In this document: piece after piece, positions 52,039 through 64,000 of the stretch
Layout: each line of letters begins with the position of its first letter
How positions within the stretch are numbered: the stretch's first letter is position 1
Source of the DNA: Eledone cirrhosa
Lineage: Eukaryota
NCBI GenBank assembly: GCA_964016885.1
Contig: OZ024741.1
Span: forward strand, 315,394,001 to 315,458,000
Direction: 5' to 3'
DNA: 64,000 bases
The notes under the pieces: generated by a model
The model's input: only the letters and a program-made list of their open reading frames with translations
Told to the model about the DNA's origin: nothing
The model's database searches: none
Position numbers and translations under genes: made by a program

Positions 52039-55000
52039 GGGAAGAAAACGCACGAGGTGGTAGAAGGTCATGAAATCGCTCCCGTAAGTTTTTGATTTTT
52101 AACATATTTAAATCAATTGTGAAATAATAATTCTTAGTACAAATGTCGCATAAACCACCGAATGAAGTCCCAGAAAATTTCGGATCCATATTATATTGTT
52201 ATATCGCTCAAATATTCAATTTTGTATTATATATTTTGTATTCAAAAAAGAAAATGGATATAAATGGAAGAAAACACCCTCTGTCTACACTATATAGAAC
52301 AGCCAAATAACAGCAATTTCACCAACACCAGAAACTTGATACACCACCTATCCCATCACACTAAATATAACAGCCAGATAACGGCAATTTCCCCACAACC
52401 TCCATCAATCCCGGCATGATAATAATAATTACTATTTTGGCAGTATTGGTAGAGGGTCGGACGCCATATTTGACGTATAGAGTTACGACCCTTGCCATTC
52501 TGAGTTCAAATTCCGCCGAGGTTAACTTTGCCTTTCATCCTTACGGGGTCGATAAAATAAAGTACCAGTAATGCACTGGGTAATTGCTGGCCTTGTACCA
52601 AACGTAGAAACGATTATTATTGTCTCAAATTTTAACAAAATGTTTAATTCCAATTTTACGGGAATATGTCAACACAATATATATTAAACATACGAACACA
52701 AACTCATAGATACTACATATCACAAAACCCAGTAACCACAACGCCACCGCCGCCACCACCCCATCCACCATCTTGCTACCACTATCCCAACGCCGCCGCC
52801 ACCACTCCTTCATTGCTACCACCACTATTCCCCTGTTAACTTGAGAGAGAAAGGGGAAGGTGGCGGTGTCACTAGACAAGGGAGAGGCTAGCAAAAGATA
52901 TAAATAGATTGACTTAGTGACCTGGCCACCGGCCAAACGTCAACATCAACAACTATGGGACTGCTGGCTCACCCCTTCCTCACCAACAATATAAAAAGCC
53001 CCGGCACCACCACCGACATAGCCAACAACAATAACAGGCAACTACAACAAAAGTATATTATATTATTGTAATGCACTGGGTGATTGCTGGCCTTGTGCCT
53101 GGAGTGGAGACAATTATTAATAATTTCATTCTTAAGCCAAGCAATGCTCACATTAAGGAACCACTCATGATAATAACAATTTAAAAAAAAACAACAAAAA
53201 TAAAACCCCGTGACCAAGAAATACCGGGATGGCGGCCGGCGGGGAATAGCCGTGTCTCTAGGGGAGAACGACCCCTCTAGTCTTGGTTGACACTCGTTCT
53301 AGAAGTGGTAACACGAAATGATTACCCCTTGGCGGATAAGGATAAAACGCGACAAAATAAAGTAAATGTCTAATGATAAAATCTCATACCGGATCGGCCA
53401 TCAGCCGGGTAAAAAAGGGCCGCGTCCCTCAGAGAGGAACCAGACTGGGGTCGAAAAATCAGCTAATGGTTCAAACCTTCCCATCACTTCGGAGCTGGAG
53501 ACCTCCCATAACCGGAATACTCCTACTGTTGGCCCTTCATGCTCACCACCAAGAAATCCAAAGAAAAAGAGAGAAAAATGGTCAAGGGAAGATAATAAAG
53601 AAGTCCTTGAGGCTTTCTACACTGCCATGTACTACCCATCAAATACATCGAATACAGAACAGACATATATCAACTGGAAAAAGAAACATCCCGAAAACAG
53701 AGGCTATATTGACAGTAACAAACTAGCCAATATACGAAGAAATATTGTAAGAAAAAAGTTACTAACTGATATAGAAATTGATCAGATCAAGCTATTAGCA
53801 CAAAGTCAGCGAAGGGAAAATGAAACATGTGTCAGTGAAAACGAGGTAAACTGTAACAGTTCGAACCCCAGGGTTGGGGCGGAATCACTGGCAACAGAAC
53901 AAATTAAAGAAAGGATCGAAAAAGTGGAGGGAGTGCATGCTCAGGATGAAACTCCAAATGAAAATAATGAGATCGTAAATGATAAAGAAATGAATGAGAA
54001 TGAACTTGCCAACTTGAAGGATGAAATTATGATCGAATGGATGAAAATGAAAGAATCTGACATGGGGCAACGAGACACCCTCCCTAAGATCCAGAACTCC
54101 AAACAGAACCAAAAGATAATACACAAGACTAACATAATTCTCAAAAACATTATCATCACAAACAAACTAAACATTACTGATTTAAATCATCTCTATTATG
54201 CATCGGCTAAAGTCACCACTCACTTATGTGGAGTGAAGATGAAAAAACAAAGGAATTCCCACAAGAAATCCACTTGGCAAGAGAACATCAATCGCCAAAT
54301 AAACCTTCTCCGATCTGACATAGAAATGTTAACAAACTATAAAGTAGGTGAACATGTTAAACAAACTAAACTTAGAAAATTGAAAAGAAAGTATAGTATA
54401 AAATCAACAAGTGACATAGACATGCTGATAGAAATAATCAAGCTAAAAGTGTCGGCCAAAGCTGCTCGTATAAGGCGCTTTGAAAAACGATCTAGATTCT
54501 ATAAGGACAATAATATGTTCAAAAACAACCAAAGAGACTTCTACAGAAAAATTGGTAAGTCAACAATAACTGCTAAATCAATACCACCCAAGGAGGAAAT
54601 GCAAGAATTCTGGGAAAAGGTCTGGGCCGAAGAAAAAGTTCATAACATACATGCCCCATGGATAGACAGACAAATGAAAGATACAGCTCACCCCGAGGAA
54701 CAAATATGGGAAAATATAACAGTTGAACAGTTGCGCATGGCTCTAAGAAAAACCAGCAAATGGAAATCCCCAGGATAAGACAAAATACAAAACTTTTGGA
54801 TAAATGCCTTCACAGAGTCTCATGAGCTGTTAGCCCAACTTTACAATGAAATAGTTAAGGAGCCAGAAAAGATACCATCATGGCTAGTTAACGGCATTAC
54901 ATTCCTGCTTCCGAAGAATGATGAGGCAAACAATCCCAAAAATTACAGACCGATAACTTGCTTGACCACAATGTATAAAATTTTAACATCAGTCCTAACT

Positions 55001-57140
55001 GAATACACATATGACCACCTGATAACAAATGACCTATTTCCCATTGAGCAGAAAGGGTGTAAACGAGGCTCATATGGCTGTAAGGATCAGCTTTTGGTTA
55101 ACAAAATGATACTGGAAGATTGTCATAATAGACACAAAAATCTATCAATTGCTTGGATAGATTATAAAAAAGCATTCGATAGTTTGCCACACAGTTGGAT
55201 TGAAAAATGTTTAGAGATTTTCAAAATATCCCCCGTTGTCAGGAGGTTTTTGTCATTCAGTATGAAGACATGGAAAACGACACTCCTTTTGAATAGTGAA
55301 ACAAAATCACTGGAAGCTGGAGAAGTTAATATTAATTGTGGAATTTTTCAGGGTGACTCTTTATCACCGCTTTTATTCTGCATCGCACTTATACCATTAA
55401 GTAAAATGCTCAATGAAACAAAACATGGATATAAAGTCTATGACAAAACCATTAATCACCTGTTCTACATGGATGACCTGAAACTATTTGCAAAAAATGA
55501 TGAACAATTGCAAGGGCTATTATCCACTATGGAGCAGTTCAGTGATGACATTAAAATGGAGTTTGGACTAGATAAATGCGCCTAAGCAACGTTCACCAGA
55601 GGAAAGCTGCTGAAGAGTTCAGACATTAATCTTGATCGGAGGAACGTGATAAGAGAACTTGATCAAGAAAAAACTTACAAATATCTAGGTGTTTGTGAAG
55701 GAGACGGAATCAAGCACTGGACAATGAGGGAAAGGATAAAGAAGGAATGTTACCGCAGAGTAAGAGCAATCTTAAGAACGGAATTGAATGCAAGGAATAG
55801 GATCGATGCCATAAACACGCTTGCCATACCAGTAGTAACCTACAGTTACAATGTCATCAACTGGTCAAGCACAGAGATCCGTAGGCTCGATACAAAAATT
55901 CGAAAATTATTAACCATGCACAGAATGCATCACCCTAAGGCAGATATAGATAGAATATATCTCCCTAGGAAAGAAGGGGGACGTGGGTTAATCCAGTTAG
56001 ACATTGCGTTGAAAACTGCAACAATTGGATTATCTACATATCTAAGGGAATCACATGATTGGATGATCAAACTCGTTTTGAAACACGAAAGCATCAAAAG
56101 ATCATATTCCATTACAAAAGATGCACAAAGATACAGTAATGGACTACAAATTTCAGAAGTCCCATTTACTGCTGAAATGGAAAACACAGAAAAACAAAGC
56201 AGGTAAAAGTAACTGCAAAGAAAGAACTGGTACAGAAACTGGCTAAGAAATGGCAAGAAAAGCCTCTGTATGGAAAATACCCAGAGCGAGCTAAAACTTT
56301 AACCCATCAGTGGTTGGCATCCTCTGGACTGAAATCGGAGACTGAAGGACTGATTATATCAGCACAAGATCAGTGTCTGCAAACAAAAAATTACCAAGCC
56401 AACATAATAGAAAATGGATGCAGCCCATTATGCCGTGTATGTAAAAAACAACCAGAGACCATTGACCATATAATTTCAATGTGCAGTCCTATAGCTCCAA
56501 CCGAATACCTAAACAGGCATGACAGAGCTGCACAATACATACATTGGATAATGTGTAAGCATTTTGACCTGCCCCATCAAAAGAATTGGTGGGAGCATCA
56601 ACCACCTCCCATAATTGAAAAAGATCACATCTCAATCTTGTGGAACTTTAGCATCCAAACAGACCGAAAAATAGATGCAAATAGACCTGATATAATATTG
56701 AAGGACTTTAAAAAGAGGGTATGCCTGCTAATTGATATGTCCGTTCCAATAGACAAGAATGTATCTATAAAAACATTTGAAAAATTGAGCAAGTATATGG
56801 TCCTGGAGATAGAAATTGGAAAAATGTGGAAATTGAGAACTAAAACAATACCAGTGGTTGTAGGCGCTCTGGGAATGATACCTAAGGGGTCTAATGATTA
56901 CTTATCGCAAATCCCAGGAAACCCGCGTATAGGAGAAATACAAAAGATAGTACTAATGGGAACTGCCCATATACTAAGGAAGATTCTGTCAATATAAGTA
57001 CATCACAAGTCTAAACACTAAAGATGCATGTGTGAGTATGTATGTTCTTCCTTGAACATGGCGGACCTTGGTGTCTCTTGAGGTCACTGGTTGTGACTTG
57101 GTGATAACTCGTAGGAACATAAAGCAAGATAAATACAACT

Positions 57141-57180
<40 letters not shown>
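52039..57180 (+). mobile_element. Dong-like family A copy 2 (full length, few inactivating changes)
   Basis: Starts gggaagaa right after (TAA)n. The ORF at 53366-56997 is broken at ~54778, ~55585 and ~56200. (TAA)n tail. Confidence 0.92.
52438..52615 (+). mobile_element. tRNA-derived SINE nested in the 5' UTR of family A copy 2
   Basis: tggcagtattggtag A-box-like and gagttcaaattcc B-box. Absent at the equivalent sites in copy 1 (~19435) and copy 3 (~57548). Confidence 0.85.
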
Positions 57181-60100
57181 GGGAAGAAGACGCACGAGGT
57201 GGTAGAACGTCACGAAATTGCTCCCGTAAGTTTTTTGATTTTTAACATATTTAAATCAATTGTGAAAGAACAATTCTTAGCACAAATGTTGCATAAAGGC
57301 ACCGAATGAGGTCCCATAAAGTTTCGGATCCATATTATATTGTTGTATCGCTCAAATATTCAATTTTGTATTATATATTTTGTATTCAAAAAAAGAAAAT
57401 GGTTATAAATGGAACAAAACACCCTCTGTCTACACTATATAGAACAGCGGCAATTTCAATTTCACCAACACCAGAAACTTGATACACTACCTATCCCATC
57501 ACACTAAATATAACGGCAACTTCACCGGCATCATAATAATAATTACTATTATTATTGTCTCAAATTTAAAAAAATGTTTAATTCAAATTTTACGGGAATA
57601 TGTCAACACAAAGTATAATGAAAATATATATTAAACATACGAACACAAACTCATAGATACTATATCAGTAACCACAACACCAACACATCCATCATCGCCG
57701 CCACCACTCATTCAATGCTACTGACACTATTCCCCTGTTAACTTGAGAGAGAAAAGGGAAGGTGGTGGTAGCACTAGACAAGAGAGAGGCTAGCAAAAGA
57801 TATAAATAGATTGACTTGGTGACCTTGCCACGGACAAATGTCTACATCAACAATTATGGGACTGCTGGCTCACCCCTTCCTCACCAACAATATAAAAAGC
57901 CCCGGCACCACCACCGACATAGCCAGCAGCAATAACAGCCAACTACAACAAAAAGTATATTATATTATTGTAATGCACTGGGTGATTGCTGGCCTGGAGT
58001 GGAGACAATTAGTAATAATTGCATTCTTAAGCCACGCAATGCTCACATTAAGGAACCACTCATGATTATAACAATTTAAAAAAAACAACAAAAAGAAAAC
58101 CCCGTGACCAAGAAATACCGGGATGGCGGCCGGCGGGGAATAGCCATATCTCTAGGGGAGAACGACCCCTCTAGTCTTGGTTGACACTCGTTCTAGAAGT
58201 GGTAACACGAAAAGATTACCCCTTGGCGGATAAGGATAAAACGCGACAAAATAAAGTAGATGTCTAATGATGAAATCTCATACCGGATCGGCCGTCACCC
58301 GGGTAAAAAAGGGCCGCGTCCCTCAGAGAGGAACCAGACTGGGGTCGAAAAATCAGCTAATGGTTCAAACCTTCCCATCACTTCGGAGCTGGAGACCTCC
58401 CATAACCGGAATACTCCTACTGTTGGCCCTCCATGCTCACCACCAAGAAATCCAAAGAAAAAGAGAGAAAAATGGTCAAGGGAAGATAATAAAGAAGTCC
58501 TTGAGGCTTTCTACACTGCCATGTACTACCCATCAAATACATCGAATACAGAGCAAACATATATCAACTGGAAAAAGAAACATCCCGAAAACAGAGGCTA
58601 TATTGACAGTAACAAACTAGCCAATATACGAAGAAATATTGTAAGAAAAAAGTTACTAACTGATATAGAAATTGATCAGATCAAGCTAGTAGCACAAAGT
58701 CAGCGAAGGGAAAATGAAGCATGTGTCAGTGAAAACGAGGTAAACTGTAACACTTCGAATCCCAGAGTTGGGGCGGAATCACTGGCAACAGAACAAATTA
58801 AAGAAAGGAGCGAAAAAGTGGAGGGAGTGCATGCTCAGGATGAAACTCCAAATGAAAATAATGAGATCGTAAATGATAAAGAAATGAATGAGAATGAACT
58901 TGCCAACTTGAAGGATGAAATTATGATCGAATGGATGAAAATGAAAGAATCTGACATGGGGGAACGAGACACCCTCCCTAAGATCCAGAACTCCAAACAG
59001 AACCAAAAGATAATACACAAGACTAACATAATTCTCAAAAACATTATCATCACAAACAAACTAAACATTACTGATTTAAATCATCTCTATTATGCATCGG
59101 CTAAAGTCACCACTCACTTATGTGGAGTGAAGATGAAAAAACAAAGGAATTCCCACAAGAAATCCACTTGGCAAGAGAACATCAATCGCCAAATAAACCT
59201 TCTCCGATCTGACATAGAAATTTTAACAAACTATAAAGTAGGTGAACATGTTAAACAAACTAAACTTAGAAAATTGAAAAAAAAGTACAGTATAAGATCA
59301 ACATGTGACATAGACATGCTGATAGAAACAATCAAGCAAAAAGTGTCGGCCAAAGCTGCTCGTATAAGGCGCTTTGAAAAACGATCTAGATTCTATAAGG
59401 ACAATAATATGTTCAAAAACAACCAAAGAAACTTCTACAGAAAAATTGGTAAGTCAACAATAACTGCTAAATCAATACCACCCAAGGAGGAAGTGCAAGA
59501 ATTCTGGGAAAAGATCTGGGCCGAAGAAAAAGTTCATAACATACATGCCCCATGGATAGACAGACAAATGAAAGAAACAGCTCACCTTGAAGAACAAACA
59601 TGGGAAAATATAACAGTTGAACAGCTGCGCTTGGCTCTAAGAAAAACCAGCAAATGGAAATCCCCAGGAAAAGACAAAATACAAAACTTTTGGATAAATG
59701 CCTTCACAGAGTCTCATGAGCTGTTAGCCCAACTTTACAATGAAATAGTTAAGGAGCCAGAAAAGATACCTTCATGGCTAGTTAACGGCATTACATTCCT
59801 GCTACCGAAGAATGATGAGACAAACAATCCCAAAAATTACAGACCGATAACCTGCTTGACCACAATGTATAAAATTTTAACATCAGTCCTAACTGAATAC
59901 ACATATGACCACCTGATAACAAATGACCTATTTCCCATTGAGCAGAAAGGGTGTAAACGAGGCTCATATGGCTGTAAGGATCAGCTTCTGGTTAACAAAA
60001 TGATACTGGAAGATTGTCATAATAGACACAAAAATCTATCGATTGCTTGGATAGATTATAAAAAAGCATTTGATAGTTTGCCACACAGTTGGATTGAAAA

Positions 60101-62078
60101 ATGTTTAGAGATTTTCAAAATATCCCCCGTTATCAGGAGGTTTTTGTCATTCAGAATGAGGACATGGAGAACGACACTCCTTTTGAATAGTGAAACAAAA
60201 TCACTGGAAGCTGGAGAAGTTAACATTAATTGTGGAATTTTTCAGGGTGACTCTTTATCACCGCTTTTATTCTGCATCGCACTTATACCATTAAGTAAAA
60301 TGCTCAATGAAACAAAACATGGATATAGAGTCTATGACAAAACCATTAATCACCTGTTCTACATGGATGACCTGAAACTATTTGCAAAAAATGATGAACA
60401 ATTTCAAGGGCTATTATCCACTGTGAAGCAGTTCAGTGATGACATTAAAATGGAGTTTGGACTGGATAAATGCGCCAAAGCAACGTTCACCAGAGGAAAG
60501 CTGCTGAAGAGTTCAGACATTAATCTTGATCGGGGGAACGTGATAAGAGAGCTTGATCAAGAACAAACTTACAAATATCTAGGTGTTTGTGAAGGAGACG
60601 GAATCAAGCACTCGACAATGAGGGAAAGGATAAGGAAGGAATGTTACCGCAGAGTCAGAGCAATCTTAAGAACGGAATTGAATGCAAGGAATAGGATCGA
60701 TGCCATAAACACGCTTGCCATACCAGTAGTAACCTACAGTTACAATGTCATCAACTGGTCAAGCACAGAGATCCGTAGGCTCGATACAAAAATCCGAAAA
60801 TTCTTAACCATGCACAGAATGCATCACCCTAAGGCAGACATAGATAGAATATATCTCCCTAGGAAAGAAGGAGGACGTGGGTTAATCCAGTTAGACATTG
60901 CGTTGAAAACTGCAACAATTGGATTATCCACATATCTAAGGGAATCACATGATTGGATGATCAAACTCGTTTTGAAACACGAAAGCACCAAAAGATCATA
61001 TTCCATTACAAAAGATGCACAAAGATACAGTAATGGACTACAAATTTCAGAAGTCCCATTTACTGCTGAAATGGAAAACACAGAAAAAGCAAAGCAGGTA
61101 AAAGTAACTGCAAAGAAAGAACTGCTACAGAAACTGGCTAAGAAATGGCAAGAAAAGCCTCTGTATGGAAAATACCCAGAGCGAGCTAACAATCCTGATG
61201 TTGACAAAACTTTAACCCATCAGTGGTTGGCATCCTCTGGACTGAAGTCGGAGACTGAAGGACTGATTATATCCGCACAAGATCAGTGTCTGCCAACAAA
61301 AAATTACCAAGCCAACATAATAAAAAATGGGTGCAGCCCATTATGCCGTGTATGCAAAAAACAACCAGAGACCATTGACCATATAATTTCAATGTGCAGT
61401 CCTATAGCTCCATCCGAATACCTAAACAGGCATGACAGAGCTGCACAATACATACATTGGATAATGTGCAAGCATTTTGACCTGTCCCATCAAAAGAATT
61501 GGTGGGAGCATCAACCACCTCCCATACTTGAAAAAGATCACATCTCAATCTTGTGGAACTTTAGCATCCAAACAGACCGAAAAATAGATGCAAATAGACC
61601 TGATATAATATTGAAGGACTTTCAAAGGAGGGTATGCCTGCTAATTGATATGTCTGTTCCAATAGACAAGAATGTATCTATAAAAACATTTGAAAAATTG
61701 AGCAAGTATAAGGACCTGGAGATAGAAATTGGAAAAATGTGGAAATTGAGAACTAAAACAATACCAGTGGTTGTAGGCGCTCTGGGAATGATACCTAAGG
61801 GGTCTAACGACTACTTATCGCAAATCCCAGGAAACCCGCGTATAGGAGAAATACAAAAGATAGTACTAATGGGAACTGCCCATATACTAAGGAAGATCCT
61901 GTCAATATAAGTACATCACAAGTCTAAACACTAAGGATGCATGTGTGAATATGTGTGTTCTTTCTTGAACATGGCGGACCTTGTTGTCTCTTGAGGTCAC
62001 TGGTTGTGACTTGGTGATAACTCGTATAAACATAAAGCAAGATAAATGCAAATAATAATAATAATAATAATAATAATA
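57181..62078 (+). mobile_element. Dong-like family A copy 3, full length with intact ORF
   Basis: ~1.08-kb 5' UTR, a single 1216-aa ORF, short 3' UTR and (TAA)n tail. Confidence 0.94.
58260..61910 (+). CDS. R4/Dong-clade polyprotein: N-terminal Myb-like region, RT, CCHC zinc finger, restriction-like endonuclease
   Basis: Uninterrupted 1216 aa with KWSREDNKEVLEAFY, WKSPGKD, YRPITCL, DYKKAFDS, QGDSLSP, FYMDD, YKYLG, GGRGL, CRVC..ETIDHIISMC, RHD, RPDII..IDMSVP..KLSKY and PVVVGALG. Confidence 0.95.
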   Translation: MSNDEISYRIGRHPGKKGPRPSERNQTGVEKSANGSNLPITSELETSHNRNTPTVGPPCSPPRNPKKKREKWSREDNKEVLEAFYTAMYYPSNTSNTEQTYINWKKKHPENRGYIDSNKLANIRRNIVRKKLLTDIEIDQIKLVAQSQRRENEACVSENEVNCNTSNPRVGAESLATEQIKERSEKVEGVHAQDETPNENNEIVNDKEMNENELANLKDEIMIEWMKMKESDMGERDTLPKIQNSKQNQKIIHKTNIILKNIIITNKLNITDLNHLYYASAKVTTHLCGVKMKKQRNSHKKSTWQENINRQINLLRSDIEILTNYKVGEHVKQTKLRKLKKKYSIRSTCDIDMLIETIKQKVSAKAARIRRFEKRSRFYKDNNMFKNNQRNFYRKIGKSTITAKSIPPKEEVQEFWEKIWAEEKVHNIHAPWIDRQMKETAHLEEQTWENITVEQLRLALRKTSKWKSPGKDKIQNFWINAFTESHELLAQLYNEIVKEPEKIPSWLVNGITFLLPKNDETNNPKNYRPITCLTTMYKILTSVLTEYTYDHLITNDLFPIEQKGCKRGSYGCKDQLLVNKMILEDCHNRHKNLSIAWIDYKKAFDSLPHSWIEKCLEIFKISPVIRRFLSFRMRTWRTTLLLNSETKSLEAGEVNINCGIFQGDSLSPLLFCIALIPLSKMLNETKHGYRVYDKTINHLFYMDDLKLFAKNDEQFQGLLSTVKQFSDDIKMEFGLDKCAKATFTRGKLLKSSDINLDRGNVIRELDQEQTYKYLGVCEGDGIKHSTMRERIRKECYRRVRAILRTELNARNRIDAINTLAIPVVTYSYNVINWSSTEIRRLDTKIRKFLTMHRMHHPKADIDRIYLPRKEGGRGLIQLDIALKTATIGLSTYLRESHDWMIKLVLKHESTKRSYSITKDAQRYSNGLQISEVPFTAEMENTEKAKQVKVTAKKELLQKLAKKWQEKPLYGKYPERANNPDVDKTLTHQWLASSGLKSETEGLIISAQDQCLPTKNYQANIIKNGCSPLCRVCKKQPETIDHIISMCSPIAPSEYLNRHDRAAQYIHWIMCKHFDLSHQKNWWEHQPPPILEKDHISILWNFSIQTDRKIDANRPDIILKDFQRRVCLLIDMSVPIDKNVSIKTFEKLSKYKDLEIEIGKMWKLRTKTIPVVVGALGMIPKGSNDYLSQIPGNPRIGEIQKIVLMGTAHILRKILSI

Positions 62079-62084
62079 GTAAAA

Positions 62085-64000
62085 TGTACAAAACTAGGAG
62101 GAAAAAGCTAAATATTATCATAGAGGAACTGAAGCAACGCATTGTAGCAAAGAGTGCAAAAATCAGGCGATACGAGACCAGAGTCAGTCAGTTTAGACAG
62201 AACCGCAAGTATGACAACAACCAGAAAATGCTGTTTGGACAGCTGAAAGGGAAAGAAAGAGACAACGACTTGATCCCTGATGCGGAACAAACTAAAACAT
62301 TCTGGAGAGGAATATGGGAGCAGGATGTTAAACATAATAACCAGGCAGTGTGGATTGAGACAGTACAGAAGGAGATTAGTGAAGAGGCACACCAACAAAC
62401 TAATCTGAGTATCACAGTTGAAACTCTTAAGGGGCAGGCCAAAAAACTAACCAACTGGAGATCACCAGTCCCAGATGGTGTGCAGGGGTATTGGATTAAA
62501 ATGATAACATCCCTCCACCCGAAACTGACAACCATGTTCAATGACTGCTTGATGTCAGGTGAGGTACCAGAGTGGTTGACAAAAGGTACCACAGTTCTGA
62601 TAATGAAAGACCGAATCAAGGGTAATGATGTTACCAACTATAGACCTATCACATGTCTGTCCGTAATGTGGAAACTGTTGACAAGCATTATGTCTGAGGA
62701 AATCTACCATCACCTCCACATAAACAACTTGTTACCGGACGAACAGAAAGGATGCCGAAAGAAGTCCCGTGGTACAAAGGACCAGTAACTTATTAATAAA
62801 ATTGTAATGAGGAATTGCAAGAGGAGACACACTGGTCTTGCCATGGGATGGATAGTCTACAAAAAGGCATTTGACATGGTGCCTCATTCTTGGATCACCA
62901 AAAGCCTAGAGATCTTCGAGGTGGCAGATAACATCAGACAGTTGTTGGGCAAAAGTATGAAGTCCTGGGAAACAGAGTTAACATCAGCTGGAGAATCCTT
63001 GGGAAGCGTGAAGATCAAGAGAGGTATCTTCCAGGGAGATAGTCTGTCCCCTCTGTTGTTTGTCCTTGCCCTGATGCCCCTGACCAGTATACTGCGAAAA
63101 GTGAGAGCAGGATACAGGTTGGGAAAGGGAGGGCTTACCATCAATCACCTCCTCTTCGAGGACGATCTTAAGCTCTTCGGGAAGAGTGAGAAGGAGTTCG
63201 ATATGCTTGTTGACACTGTCCGTATTTTCAGCAATGATATATGGATGCAATTTGGTATTAGTAATTGTGGAGTCTTTGTGATGAAGTGGGGTAAATTGAG
63301 CAGAAGTAACGGAATCCAGGTACCAACAGGTGAGATTATAAAGGAAATTGACACTGAAGAATGATACAAGTTTTAGAGTGTTCTGAAGGCTGATGACATC
63401 AAGAACAAAAAAAAAATGAAGGAATTTTAAAAACTGAAAACATTCGGAGAGTAAGGAGCGTATTAAAGTCACATCTGAACAGTAGGAATGCCATAAGAGC
63501 AGTAAATTCCCGAGCTGTGTCTATTATTAGGTACAGTGCGGGAATTCTGAAATGGAATGTTGCTGAACAAAAAGAAATGGATAGGAAGACTAGGAAGCTA
63601 TTGACTATCTACAACATGTTCCACAAGAGGAGTGATGTCGATAGACTCTACTTAAGGAGATCTGAAGGTGGAAGAGGTCTTATCAGCATAGAGGACTGTG
63701 TTCAGATGGAGAAAAACAACCTACACAAATACCTGACTGATAGTAAGGAGCCAATGCTCCGAACTGTACTGAAGGAGAGGACAATAGACCAGGGGATGTC
63801 CAAGGAGGAAATAACAACAAGGAGAAAGAGCTGCCTTCAGGAAAAATCACTTCATAGTACCTTCTTTGAGAAAACTGAATTCAGAGATCCACAGACATGG
63901 AACTGGTTGAAAAGAGGAGACCTTAAAAAGGCTAAAGAAGAAATGTTAATGGCTGCGCAGGAGCAGGCCCTCAAACCGAAGTGGTTGAAACACCACATTT
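62085..64000 (+). mobile_element. Dong-like family B copy, 5'-truncated, disrupted, runs off the right edge
   Basis: Homologous to 24767-26670, with stops and frameshifts. The LFMDD motif reads LFEDD. Confidence 0.88.

Noticed and set aside
57181-57300. HDV-like ribozyme at the Dong 5' end
   Set aside because: I could not identify a convincing P1-P4 nested pseudoknot manually.

Overview
Repeat-dense, AT-rich eukaryotic DNA. The tRNA-derived SINEs and the heavy (TA)n/(TG)n/(TAA)n load suggest a cephalopod, probably Octopus (inferred from sequence recognition, no search run). The standout signal is a ~10 kb tandem array (4196-14467) of about 20 units of ~430 bp. Each unit carries a minimal type I hammerhead ribozyme on the minus strand with a palindromic stem III (ACUAGU), the architecture of a non-LTR retrozyme. 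The array has 872-bp dimer and 1292-bp trimer higher-order repeats, ends in a fold-back, and lies next to a Penelope-like RT/GIY-YIG element. Several other hammerhead-bearing, Penelope pseudo-LTR-like fold-backs are scattered through 3.6-34.5 kb, mostly in or beside (TA)n tracts. Four phase-1 exons (28090-33645, +) of a host gene include a MEGF-type EGF-like domain. The rest is mostly retroelements: two families of R4/Dong-like RT-RLE LINEs chained through (TAA)n tails (one copy with an intact 1216-aa ORF), a Tx1/L1-like element inserted antisense in the same (TAA)n, RTE-like LINEs, a Ty3/Gypsy relic, a hAT MITE and SINEs. Most short ORFs in the track are microsatellite or antisense artefacts.
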